Source of the DNA: Candidatus Krumholzibacteriia bacterium
GTDB lineage: Bacteria; Krumholzibacteriota; Krumholzibacteriia; LZORAL124-64-63
Assembly: GCA_046484865.1 (NCBI GenBank)
Contig: JAWOID010000147.1
Location: 1-12,839 of the forward strand
Reading direction: 5' to 3'
Length of the DNA: 12,839 bases
Within the stretch, counting starts at the first letter, position 1, and each line of letters opens with the position of its first letter. Below, one piece after another: positions 1 through 10,074 of this stretch. Below the pieces are notes generated by a model. It was not told the origin of the DNA, did no database searches, and saw nothing but the letters and a program-made list of their open reading frames with translations. The translations under genes were made by a program, and so were the position numbers.

Positions 1-28
1 CTTCCTCGCGAGCACCAACCTGAACTGA
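1..28 (+). CDS. 3' end of an upstream gene truncated by the window edge (...FLASTNLN*), product unknown
   Basis: Frame starting at base 2 reads ttc ctc gcg agc acc aac ctg aac TGA (26-28). All 8 sense codons end in G/C, as expected for coding DNA in this genome. A strong hairpin follows immediately. Confidence 0.5.
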
Positions 29-29
29 G

Positions 30-83
30 CGCGGATGATTCACGAGTCGGCCGGACGCAGTCGTCACTCACGAATCATCCGCG
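30..83. repeat. Inverted repeat / stem-loop between the truncated gene and the small CxCxC ORF
   Basis: CGCGGATGATTC (30-41) is the exact reverse complement of GAATCATCCGCG (72-83). GAGT (44-47) also pairs with ACTC (66-69). No U-tract on either side. Confidence 0.8.
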
Positions 84-98
84 TCGAGGAGAACGACC

Positions 99-275
99 AT
101 GATCGAGCGACTGCCCGGAGACGTCGAAACTCCCGCCGCGGCTCTGCGAGCCGAGCATCGCAACGAGCCGTGCGTGTGTTCCTGCACCGAGGAGCGCGAG
201 ACGGATGAAGAGGATGTGCCCGACCGGGAGACCATGACCATGCAGATCGCGCGCGACTACGACATCAACGGCTGA
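99..275 (+). CDS. Small 58-aa acidic peptide with a CxCxC motif (MIERLPGDVETPAAALRAEHRNEPCVCSCTEERETDEEDVPDRETMTMQIARDYDING); below the ORF-track size cut-off
   Basis: GAGGAG RBS at 86-91, 7 nt before the ATG at 99. Frame is open to TGA at 273-275. 47 of 58 codons end in G/C. The stop overlaps the convergent gene's stop by 11 nt (265-275). Confidence 0.7.
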   Translation: MIERLPGDVETPAAALRAEHRNEPCVCSCTEERETDEEDVPDRETMTMQIARDYDING

Positions 276-954
276 TGGCGGGCACCTGTACGGGCTTTCC
301 GGCTCCCCGGATCACCGGGCCCACCGGGGTCTGCTTGCGATAGAGTTCGACGCGGAAGAGCATCTGTTCCACCAGTATCTCCTCGGTGCCCAGGAACTCG
401 GCGTCGGGGTCGTGCTGGATCTTCGCGAGTTCGTCCAGGTACGGCAGCAGACCGTACCAGGAGGCGGGGCGATCGGTACGGCTGTCCGTCCACACGGCCC
501 CATCCACCGGATTGCGCCGCCGGACGATCTCCTCGCGATGGCCGTCGTACTCCATGACGATCACGTCTTCGACCGGCCCGATGCCTGCCCGGTAGGCCTC
601 CATGATCCGGGCCATCGACTCGGAGTCGGCGGGATCGTCGACGATCACCTCGTAGCGGCCCAGCCGCTCGGCCAGAACGGGCTTGCCGCTGACCCTGCCG
701 TACCCGACCACCCGCAATTCGTGGTGGTCGCTGATCAGCGCCTCGGGAAGACCGAACACGCCGCCGGTCACCACGATGCCGACCACGAGCGCCGTGTGCA
801 CCACCCGCCGCCGCCGTCGCGCGCGCTCCCGCCGCCGTTCGCGCGAGCGGCCATGCAGGGCGGCGACGATGCAATCGTGCAGGTAAGCCGGAGGTGCCGG
901 ATCCTGCCGTGCGAACCGCAGGACCGCGTCCAGCTCGTGACCAGGTTCAGACAT
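265..954 (-). CDS. Single-pass membrane protein, putative anti-sigma factor (229 aa)
   Basis: Start overlaps the ECF sigma stop by 8 nt (ATGTCTGA). About 50-aa N-terminal segment ending in an Arg-rich run, one hydrophobic helix (VVHTALVVGIVVTGGVFGL), then about 155 aa with no motif I recognise. Position and topology are typical of ECF anti-sigma factors. Confidence 0.65.
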   Translation of the reverse strand: MSEPGHELDAVLRFARQDPAPPAYLHDCIVAALHGRSRERRRERARRRRRVVHTALVVGIVVTGGVFGLPEALISDHHELRVVGYGRVSGKPVLAERLGRYEVIVDDPADSESMARIMEAYRAGIGPVEDVIVMEYDGHREEIVRRRNPVDGAVWTDSRTDRPASWYGLLPYLDELAKIQHDPDAEFLGTEEILVEQMLFRVELYRKQTPVGPVIRGAGKPVQVPAISR

Positions 955-1645
955 CGGCAGCCCCCGCCATTCCCCGCAGCAGAGGGACGATCTCCGCGGC
1001 GGGATCCAGTTCCACGACCGGTGCCCCCCGCCGGTTCTCGATCCGGACGCCCCGCCGGTGCAGACGCTCGGCCAGTTCCTCGCGGGCGCGCCCCAGCCAC
1101 GACTTCACCGTGTTGCGTTTCACCTTCATGACGAGCGCGATCTCCGTGACGCCCAGGCGCTCCCAGTAATGCAGCACGATGACATGGCGGTACGCATCTC
1201 TGAGTTCGAGCAGTTCCTCGTGCAGGACGGCGGCGATCTCGCGTCCGCCCAGCCCCTCCTCGGGATCCGGCCCTTCGGCGGGGCCGTCGACATCGGCAGC
1301 CACTTCCCGGTGCCGTCGCCGCTGGCGCTGTCCGGCTTCCCGACACGCCGCGTTGTACGCGATGCGGAAGAGCCAGCCGCGCATCGTCAGTCCGCGGAAG
1401 CGGAACCGCGATGCGTTCTCGAACGCGCTCAGGAACGTCGTCTGGGTCAGATCGGCCGCCAGATCCCGGTCTTGCAGCAGCACCGCGAGGTACCGGAAGA
1501 TGTCCTTCTCGTACTTCGTGACGAAGAACTCGAAATCGTCCGGCTCCAGCCCGGCGCGGGCGAGCCAGCGACGCTCGATGGCGCCTTCGTCGGCCCCTCT
1601 CACGAGGGCGTCTCGCCGAAGCTGTCGACCATCGCTCCCGAACAT
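947..1645 (-). CDS. ECF-type RNA polymerase sigma-70 factor (about 232 aa from the ATG at 1645)
   Basis: Region 2: DFEFFVTKYEKDIFRYL...DLAADLTQTTFLSAF...RGWLFRIAYN. Region 4 HTH: LRDAYRHVIVLHYWERLGVTEIALVMKVKRNTVKSWLGRAREEL. No region 1 or 3. Start placed at MFGSDG; the track's 36-aa extension to 1753 looks non-coding. Confidence 0.9.
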   Translation of the reverse strand: MFGSDGRQLRRDALVRGADEGAIERRWLARAGLEPDDFEFFVTKYEKDIFRYLAVLLQDRDLAADLTQTTFLSAFENASRFRFRGLTMRGWLFRIAYNAACREAGQRQRRRHREVAADVDGPAEGPDPEEGLGGREIAAVLHEELLELRDAYRHVIVLHYWERLGVTEIALVMKVKRNTVKSWLGRAREELAERLHRRGVRIENRRGAPVVELDPAAEIVPLLRGMAGAADV

Positions 1646-1942
1646 ATCAATACCGCCCACCGGCGATCGGGTGCAGGAATCCGGGACGGATCGAGTCGTT
1701 CGCGCCGCGACCCCCGGCGGCGCACGCCGGCATGAGCCATGCCAACATCCCACGCTTATTGATGATAGGTGTCCCGACGCCCGGGAACAAGGGCGGCGGA
1801 GCGCACGCGATCGATCTGCAATCGACGCCGTTCCTGTTGAGAATCCTGCCGCCAGCGGTTATGGATGAGACGCTCGCACCTGGCCCTGCACCGGCTCGGC
1901 TGCCCGGCCAGGATAACATCCTATGCTGGTGGGAGTTAGATC

Positions 1943-4099
1943 ATGTCGCGCTGTTCCGCCCCTGCCCCTGGTGTCCTGGCGCGGATCGCCGTCGCCGTGG
2001 CGCTGATCGCCTGGCCGGCGGCCATGGCCGCCCAGCCCGACCGCGCCGCTGCGGGCGCCGAGACGCCGGTTTTCACGATCGCGGCTTTCCTGGAGGTCCC
2101 GGTGCTCGGCGCCCCCGCCGTGAGCCCCGACGGGAAACAGGTGGCGTACCTCTGGTCACGGCGGGATCTGGGCGAGGACGGGCGGCTGGTGCAGCTCTGG
2201 CTCGCAGACGTCGAGTCCGGTGAAACGCGACGGCTGACCTTCACAGACGACGCGGTGCGCGCGGTGGCCTGGCGGCCCGGTGGCGGGGTGAGCTACCTGC
2301 GCGCGGCCGGCGACCACCAGCAGGTCTGGTGGAACCCGCTGGACGGTGCGGAGCCCCGGCCGCTCACCGACCTCGGCGGCGGCGTCAGCGCCTACTGGTG
2401 GTCCCCGGAAGGACGGCGGCTGGCGGTGCTGGCGGCTCCGGACGCGGCGGATCTCGCCGACCGGGCCGGGGAATCACAGCCAGAACAGACCGAGGAGGCG
2501 GCGGCGGACACCGGTGCCGGCGACGACGACCGCGCCGACTGGACGGTCTGGGATCGGCTGGAGCAGCCGGACGAGTTCGAGCAGCTCTGGATCGTGGCCG
2601 TGGGCGATGCCGGTCCCGATACCGCGGTGGCGCCGTCGCGGATCACGGACCCGCCGCTGCATCCGTATCATGCCGCCTGGCACCCTGACGGTCAGCTGCT
2701 GGCCGTGACCTACAACGAGCGCTTCTCCAGCCTCGTGGACGAGGAGCAGCGGGTCGCCCTGGTGGCAGCGGACGGCGACGGGTTCACGCCCCTGACGCCG
2801 GCCGACCGCCACAGCTCGCTGGCGGCCTTCTCTCCGGACGGTTCGCGGCTGGCCTACTACACCGATCGTCGCGCCGAGCTGCGGGCGTATCTGAACCTGA
2901 AGGACGTCGTGGTCCGCGATCTGGCCTCGGGCGATGCGGAGGTGGTCACCGTCGGTTCGCAGCTGACGCTCGGCGGCAGCGGTTCCACGCCGGCGGAACC
3001 CCCGATCTGGTCGCAAAATAGCCGGCATCTCTACCTGCGGGCCGCCGAAGGGACCGCGCTGGACCTCCATGGCATCGACGTCCGTCGCGGCACTCTCGAG
3101 CGGATCACCGCCGTCGAGGGCAACGTCGGCGACTGGGATCTCGCGGGCGGTACGCTCGCCTACATCGTGTCGGCGTTGCACCAGCCGGGGTCGCTGGTGG
3201 CTCGTCCGGTACGCCGGGAGCGCTCGCGCGTGCTGGCCAGCACGAACGACGCGGTGACGGAGTTCGGCCTCCGGCCGCCGCGCAAGCTCGTCTTGCCCGG
3301 GCACGACGGCGGTACGGTCGAGGGCTTCCTGTTCCTGCCCCGGGGCGCGGGCGAGGGCGATCGTCTGCCGGCGATCATCGAGATGCACGGCGGACCGTAC
3401 TCCCGCTACGGCGACGCCTGGACCACGCGCTACCCGTGGCACGTGCTGGCCGACGCCGGCTTCGCCGTGTTCATCGCGAACCCGCGCGGAGGCACCGGTT
3501 ACGGCGAGGAGTTCCTCACGGGCGTGTACCGCAACTTCGGCACCGACGACTATCTCGACCTGATGGCCGCCGTCGACGAGCTGGTGGCGCGTGATGTCGT
3601 CGATCCCGAGCGCCTCGGCTTCACCGGCTACAGCTACGGCGGCCTGATGACCAACAGCGTGATCAGTCGTACCGACCGGTTCCGGGCCGCCGTCTCGATC
3701 GCCGGCATCTTCAACTACGTGTCGGCCATGGGGCAGAGCAATCCGCAACTCTTCATCGACAGCTACCAGCGGCCCTGGGACGAGGACCTGCAGCGCATGT
3801 GGGAGCACAGCCCCGCGTCGCGCGCCGCGAACATCACCACTCCCACGCTCATCATGCACGGCACCGAGGACGAGCCAGTGGATCCGCGGCAGTCGATCGA
3901 ACTGTTCAGCTACCTCCAGCTGAACGGCGTGCCGAGCCGGCTGGTGCTCTACCCGGGCGAGGGCCACGGCATCAACGAGCCGTCGCACATGCTCGACTAC
4001 CAGACCCGCGAACTGGCCTGGTTCCGGCATCACGTGCTGGGCGACGAGAGCGCAGACGGGGGACAGGCCGCGGAACCGGTGGAGCCGCCGCGCAGGTGA
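1943..4099 (+). CDS. Secreted S9-family serine peptidase (acylaminoacyl-peptidase / dipeptidyl-peptidase-like; beta-propeller + alpha/beta-hydrolase)
   Basis: Signal-peptide-like N-terminus (RIAVAVALIAWPAAMAA). WD40/PD40-like repeats (SPDGK, WSPEGR, WHPDGQ, FSPDGS). HGGP, NPRGGTGYG, catalytic Ser motif GYSYGG (3626-3643), Asp in HGTEDEPV, His in GEGHG. GGAG RBS at 1932-1935. Confidence 0.95.
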   Translation: MSRCSAPAPGVLARIAVAVALIAWPAAMAAQPDRAAAGAETPVFTIAAFLEVPVLGAPAVSPDGKQVAYLWSRRDLGEDGRLVQLWLADVESGETRRLTFTDDAVRAVAWRPGGGVSYLRAAGDHQQVWWNPLDGAEPRPLTDLGGGVSAYWWSPEGRRLAVLAAPDAADLADRAGESQPEQTEEAAADTGAGDDDRADWTVWDRLEQPDEFEQLWIVAVGDAGPDTAVAPSRITDPPLHPYHAAWHPDGQLLAVTYNERFSSLVDEEQRVALVAADGDGFTPLTPADRHSSLAAFSPDGSRLAYYTDRRAELRAYLNLKDVVVRDLASGDAEVVTVGSQLTLGGSGSTPAEPPIWSQNSRHLYLRAAEGTALDLHGIDVRRGTLERITAVEGNVGDWDLAGGTLAYIVSALHQPGSLVARPVRRERSRVLASTNDAVTEFGLRPPRKLVLPGHDGGTVEGFLFLPRGAGEGDRLPAIIEMHGGPYSRYGDAWTTRYPWHVLADAGFAVFIANPRGGTGYGEEFLTGVYRNFGTDDYLDLMAAVDELVARDVVDPERLGFTGYSYGGLMTNSVISRTDRFRAAVSIAGIFNYVSAMGQSNPQLFIDSYQRPWDEDLQRMWEHSPASRAANITTPTLIMHGTEDEPVDPRQSIELFSYLQLNGVPSRLVLYPGEGHGINEPSHMLDYQTRELAWFRHHVLGDESADGGQAAEPVEPPRR

Positions 4100-4112
4100 G
4101 AGAGACGTCCGG

Positions 4113-6392
<2,280 letters not shown>

Positions 6393-6538
6393 CACGACCT
6401 CGGGCCGCGGTCGATAGCGGCCGGCACCGATCCGGTGCCTGGCGGTGTGGGGGCTCCTACCTTCGTCACAGGATTTCTGTATCGTCATGCTCCGGGGAGT
6501 CTGAAGCGGCGCATTTTCGCCCGGCGCCGGCCGGGGGC

Positions 6539-7330
6539 TCAGAACGGCCGGCCGACCAGCAAGTTGAGCGTCAGTCGTCCCGGCGTGGCGCCGGTGTCGA
6601 GACGCCAGAGCGGCGTCACCGCCAGCCAGGCGAGTGCAGTGTCCATCGCCAGGGTGGGACCAGCCTGGACCGCGCTCGTCCAGCCTTCCCCTGGCCGCGC
6701 GGCGGCTTCGTGGACGAGTTCACCGCCGACGTGGATCCAGCCGGTCGCACTGCGGCTCACGCCCAGGCCCTGGCGCACCAGAGCCAGCGGCTCGCCGCCA
6801 GCGTCGGTGGGCCACATCCTGCCGGCGAATCCGTTGTATGCGATGGTCCAGGCGCCCAGCTCCCGCTGCGCCAGGAGGCCGGCCTCCGCACAGCGCTCAT
6901 GCCTGGTCTGGGCGATGCCGGCCAGGACCGTGAGGGCGAATCCGCCGCCCACGCCGTCCGCGCCATCGGCGACGCCCCACATGCCCCACGCCGACAGACC
7001 ATCGCTGTCGAGCCGGGAGGTCGACCACTCGTAGCAGACCACCGGTAATCCCACGCCGAGTTGCAGCCGGTCCGCGATGCCGATGTCGAGCGCGAGTTGC
7101 CAGTCCACGACCCCCGGGGTGCCGGCGGCGCCGGGAGCGAGGACTGCCGCCTGCGTCAGTTCACCCTCGCCGCGGGAGAAGACGCCGGCCTCGGCCACGA
7201 CCGTGAAACGGGTGGGCTGGGCGCCGGCGGAACCCGCCTCGATCGCGAGCACGGCGACGACGGCCCACGCGACCCGGAGAGCCCGCCGCGAGGCCGAGAA
7301 GCGGGCGGCGGCACAGTGGCGGCGAGACAT
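6539..7330 (-). CDS. Putative outer-membrane beta-barrel protein of unknown function (about 263 aa)
   Basis: GGAGGT RBS 7 nt before ATG 7330. Signal peptide (RRALRVAWAVVAVLAIEAGSAGA-QP). Amphipathic strands with aromatic residues (WQLALDIGIADRLQLGV, WIHVGGELVHE, VQAGPTL, WLAVTPLW). C-terminus LNLLVGRPF ends in Phe, like a BAM signal. Confidence 0.65.
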   Translation of the reverse strand: MSRRHCAAARFSASRRALRVAWAVVAVLAIEAGSAGAQPTRFTVVAEAGVFSRGEGELTQAAVLAPGAAGTPGVVDWQLALDIGIADRLQLGVGLPVVCYEWSTSRLDSDGLSAWGMWGVADGADGVGGGFALTVLAGIAQTRHERCAEAGLLAQRELGAWTIAYNGFAGRMWPTDAGGEPLALVRQGLGVSRSATGWIHVGGELVHEAAARPGEGWTSAVQAGPTLAMDTALAWLAVTPLWRLDTGATPGRLTLNLLVGRPF

Positions 7331-7348
7331 GACGGCGACCTCCGGCAA

Positions 7349-7420
7349 GGGTTTGTGTTAGTCTGGTGAAATAAGTTTTGTGACGACGTAAATATCCAGA
7401 AAGAAACGATCGAGAATCAT
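7349..7420. promoter_or_regulatory. AT-rich divergent promoter region between the beta-barrel gene and the siroheme genes
   Basis: Sharply AT-rich segment (gtttgtgttagtctggtgaaataagttttgtgacgacgtaaatatccagaaagaaac) in high-GC DNA, between divergent starts. Exact -35/-10 boxes not assignable. Confidence 0.55.
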
Positions 7421-7550
7421 GGTCGCTGACAGCCGTCGACATCGGTGCGGCGTGGGCGGAGGTGGGCCCGTCGGCGCTTGCATCAGGTCCTGTCATTTCG
7501 CGCGGCCAGGGGCTAGCTTCTGCAGGAACCGTCGACGCGGAGGTGCAGGC

Positions 7551-8309
7551 ATGGTCCCGGAAGGCCGGTCAGGCTATCCGGTGCAGCTTCAGCTGGCCGG
7601 CTGGCCCGTGCTCGTGGTGGGCGGCGGCATGGTCGCTGCGCGCAAGGTGCAGCGGCTGCTGGCGAGCGGCGCCGTCGTCACCATCGTGGCCCCGCGGCTC
7701 GTGCCCGAGCTGGAGGCGCTGAACGCCGCCTCCGGCGCCGCCACTCGCGGCGGCGCACCCGAGACCTCGGCGGGGGCCCGCGGGGCAGTCGACGCGACCG
7801 CACCCGGTGTGGAGTGGCGGCAGCGCGCCTTCGCGCCTGGCGACGTGGGGAAGGCGCGACTCGTGTTCGCCGCCACCGACAGCGAGGCGGTGAACCGCAC
7901 CGTCGCCGAGGTCGCGCGAGCGGCCGGCGTGCTGGTGAACGTGGCCGATGATCCGGTGGCCAGCGACTTCCATCTGCCCGCTCTCGTCCAGCGCGGCGAT
8001 CTGCAGGTGGCCATCGCCACCGGCGGTCGTGCTCCGTTCCTGGCGCGCCGGTTGCGCGAGCGCTGGGAACGGCAGCTGGGCCCGGAGTGGGAGGACTGGG
8101 TCGCGGCGGCAGCCCGCTTCCGGGCCGAGGTCCGCCGGCGGATCCCGGATCCCGCGTCACGCGAGCGTCTGCACGACCGGTTCGCGGTCGAGACCTTGCC
8201 CGACGGCGCCGACCTGCCGAGACCTTGCGCCGAGGAGACGTGGCGTCGTTGGATCGAGGCGACGATCGAGACCGGGCGCGGGGGGTGTGAGGACCTGTCG
8301 GCACGATGA
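7551..8309 (+). CDS. sirC: Precorrin-2 dehydrogenase / sirohydrochlorin ferrochelatase (SirC/Met8/CysG N-terminal module)
   Basis: GGAGGT RBS at 7539-7544 before ATG 7551. YPVQLQL, NAD-binding VLVVGGGMVAARKV, VFAATD, VNVADDP..DFHLP and VAIATGG..P motifs. Lies next to cobA-hemD. Confidence 0.9.
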   Translation: MVPEGRSGYPVQLQLAGWPVLVVGGGMVAARKVQRLLASGAVVTIVAPRLVPELEALNAASGAATRGGAPETSAGARGAVDATAPGVEWRQRAFAPGDVGKARLVFAATDSEAVNRTVAEVARAAGVLVNVADDPVASDFHLPALVQRGDLQVAIATGGRAPFLARRLRERWERQLGPEWEDWVAAAARFRAEVRRRIPDPASRERLHDRFAVETLPDGADLPRPCAEETWRRWIEATIETGRGGCEDLSAR

Positions 8310-8399
8310 TCCGACGACAAGACGGCCGTTGACGACCAGGGACGCGGCGCTCCGACCCGCGCCGCAGACGCCGGCACCGAGTCCGGCGGAGGACAATCG

Positions 8400-9974
8400 A
8401 TGACGAATCCAGACGCTGCCGCTGGCGCCGCTGCCCCGCCCGGAGTCCGACCGGGAACAGTCTACCTGGTGGGCGCAGGTCCGGGCGATCCCGGTCTCTT
8501 GACCATGCGCGGCAACGAGGTCCTCGCGCGCTGCGACGCCGTCGTGTACGACCGGCTCGCCGCCTGGGTGCTGCCACCCGACCTGTCGGTGCGCGTGCAG
8601 CTGCATTACGTGGGCAAGCGGGCCGATCACCACGCCTTGCCCCAGGAACGGATCAACGAACTGCTGGTCGACCTGGCGCGCCGCGGACTGAGCGTCTGTC
8701 GCCTGAAAGGAGGCGACCCCTTCGTCTTCGGCCGGGGCGGCGAGGAGGCCGAGGTGTTGCGGCGCGAGGGGATCCCCTTCGAGGTCGTGCCCGGCGTGAC
8801 AGCGGGCATCGCCGCCGCGGCTTACGCCGGCATTCCCGTCACCCACCGCGGCGAATCGGTACGCGTCTGCCTGGTGACGGCGCACGAGGACCCGACCAAG
8901 CCGTCGTCTCAGGTGGACTGGAGTTGCTTCGGCAAGGAAGCCGGCTGCACGGTGGCCGCCTACATGCCGGTCGGCAACCTCGAACGCATTGCGCAGCGGA
9001 TGATCGCCGGCGGCGCCGATCCGGACCTGCTGGCGGCCGTGATCGAACGTGGTACGCTGCCTTCGCAGCGCACGGTGGTCGCTCCGCTCCACCAGGTCGC
9101 GGAAGCGGCCCGCACGGCGGGCGTCAAGCCGCCGGCGTTGTTCCTGGTGGGCCCCACGGTCGGCCTGCACGCGAAGCTGGCGTGGTACAAGGAGCGGATT
9201 CACGTGGGCAAGCGCGTCATCGTCACCCGGCCGGCCGACCAGTCGCGACGACTCATTCGGGCGCTGCAGGATCTCGGCGTCGAGGCGCTGGTGTGTCCGG
9301 CGATCAGCACCGAGCCCGCCGACCCGGACGAACTGCGCCGCGTCGCCCATCTCCTGCCGGAGTACGACTGGGTCTTCTTCACCAGCGAGAACGGCGTGCG
9401 CTACTTCTTCACGATGCTCACCGCGCTCGACCTGGACATCCGCGCCCTCGGACGCGTGAAGGTGGCGACCGTCGGCCACGGGACGGCGGAGCGCCTGCGC
9501 GAGTACCATCTGCACGCCGACTTCTATCCCACCGCGTTTCGCGCCGAGATCCTGCTGCAGGAATTCCTCAATTCCCACGACGTGAAGGGTCTGCGTATCC
9601 TGCGCGTGCGCGGCGAGAGAGCCCGCCCGGAGCTTGAGGACGGCCTGCGCGCCGCGGGAGCCGAGGTGGACACACTGCTCGCCTATCACATCCGGCCCAC
9701 CTGCATCCGCGCCGACGTGGCCGATACCATCACGGTGGAAGGTGCGGACGCGGTGACCTTCACCAGCGGTTCGTCGGTGGAAGGGTTCGAGACCATCCTG
9801 CCGGACCACTCCCTGCACGAGCGGGTGCCCGCGGTCTGCATCGGTCCGGTGACCGCCGCAGTGGCCGAACGGGTGGGCTGGCGACGCGTGATCACGGCTT
9901 CGGTGAGCACGGTGCCGGGTCTGATCGAGGCCGTCACGGCCACCCTCGGCGGCTCGGGGAACGCCGAGCGGTGA
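8400..9974 (+). CDS. cobA: Uroporphyrinogen-III C-methyltransferase / uroporphyrinogen-III synthase fusion (CobA-HemD)
   Basis: SUMT motifs VYLVGAGPGDPGLLT, VVYDRL, RLKGGDPFVFGRGGEE, VVPGVTA, GIPVTHR. HemD motifs IVTRP, FFTSENGV, TFTSGSSV, CIGPVTA. GGAGGA RBS at 8388-8393. Confidence 0.95.
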   Translation: MTNPDAAAGAAAPPGVRPGTVYLVGAGPGDPGLLTMRGNEVLARCDAVVYDRLAAWVLPPDLSVRVQLHYVGKRADHHALPQERINELLVDLARRGLSVCRLKGGDPFVFGRGGEEAEVLRREGIPFEVVPGVTAGIAAAAYAGIPVTHRGESVRVCLVTAHEDPTKPSSQVDWSCFGKEAGCTVAAYMPVGNLERIAQRMIAGGADPDLLAAVIERGTLPSQRTVVAPLHQVAEAARTAGVKPPALFLVGPTVGLHAKLAWYKERIHVGKRVIVTRPADQSRRLIRALQDLGVEALVCPAISTEPADPDELRRVAHLLPEYDWVFFTSENGVRYFFTMLTALDLDIRALGRVKVATVGHGTAERLREYHLHADFYPTAFRAEILLQEFLNSHDVKGLRILRVRGERARPELEDGLRAAGAEVDTLLAYHIRPTCIRADVADTITVEGADAVTFTSGSSVEGFETILPDHSLHERVPAVCIGPVTAAVAERVGWRRVITASVSTVPGLIEAVTATLGGSGNAER

Positions 9975-10074
9975 TCCCGCCGCCGGCACGCGGCCAGGCC
10001 GGAGCTTCTCGACTCTCCCCGCCGATGGGTGGGGCCGGTTGAAAACGAACGCCATTGCCGACTTCGACAATCCC

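Noticed and set aside
26..83. TGA followed by a hairpin as a selenocysteine/SECIS read-through site
   Set aside because: The read-through frame gives an unstructured Arg-rich sequence with poor codon bias, the context is not a redox motif, and the stem does not resemble a bacterial SECIS.
1..102. Frame-1 ORF ending at TGA 100-102 with an ATGA overlap to the small peptide
   Set aside because: Its codons are often A/T-ending and it runs through the hairpin. The frame ending at base 28 fits the genome's codon bias much better.
1646..1942. ECF autoregulatory promoter (GGAAC -35 elements on both strands)
   Set aside because: GGAAC occurs, but no convincing -10 element lies at 16-17 nt spacing. 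Cannot be supported without homologous promoters.
7352..7396. Rex operator upstream of the siroheme genes
   Set aside because: Only half-site-like strings (TTGTGA, GGTGAAATA) are present, with no matching TCACAA second half.
7419..7550. N-terminal extension of SirC from ATG 7419
   Set aside because: No family similarity in this stretch; a strong GGAGGT RBS supports ATG 7551.
8344..8388. Two short GC hairpins between sirC and cobA, one touching the RBS
   Set aside because: Stems of 6-7 G/C pairs arise readily by chance at this GC content, and no riboswitch motifs were recognised.
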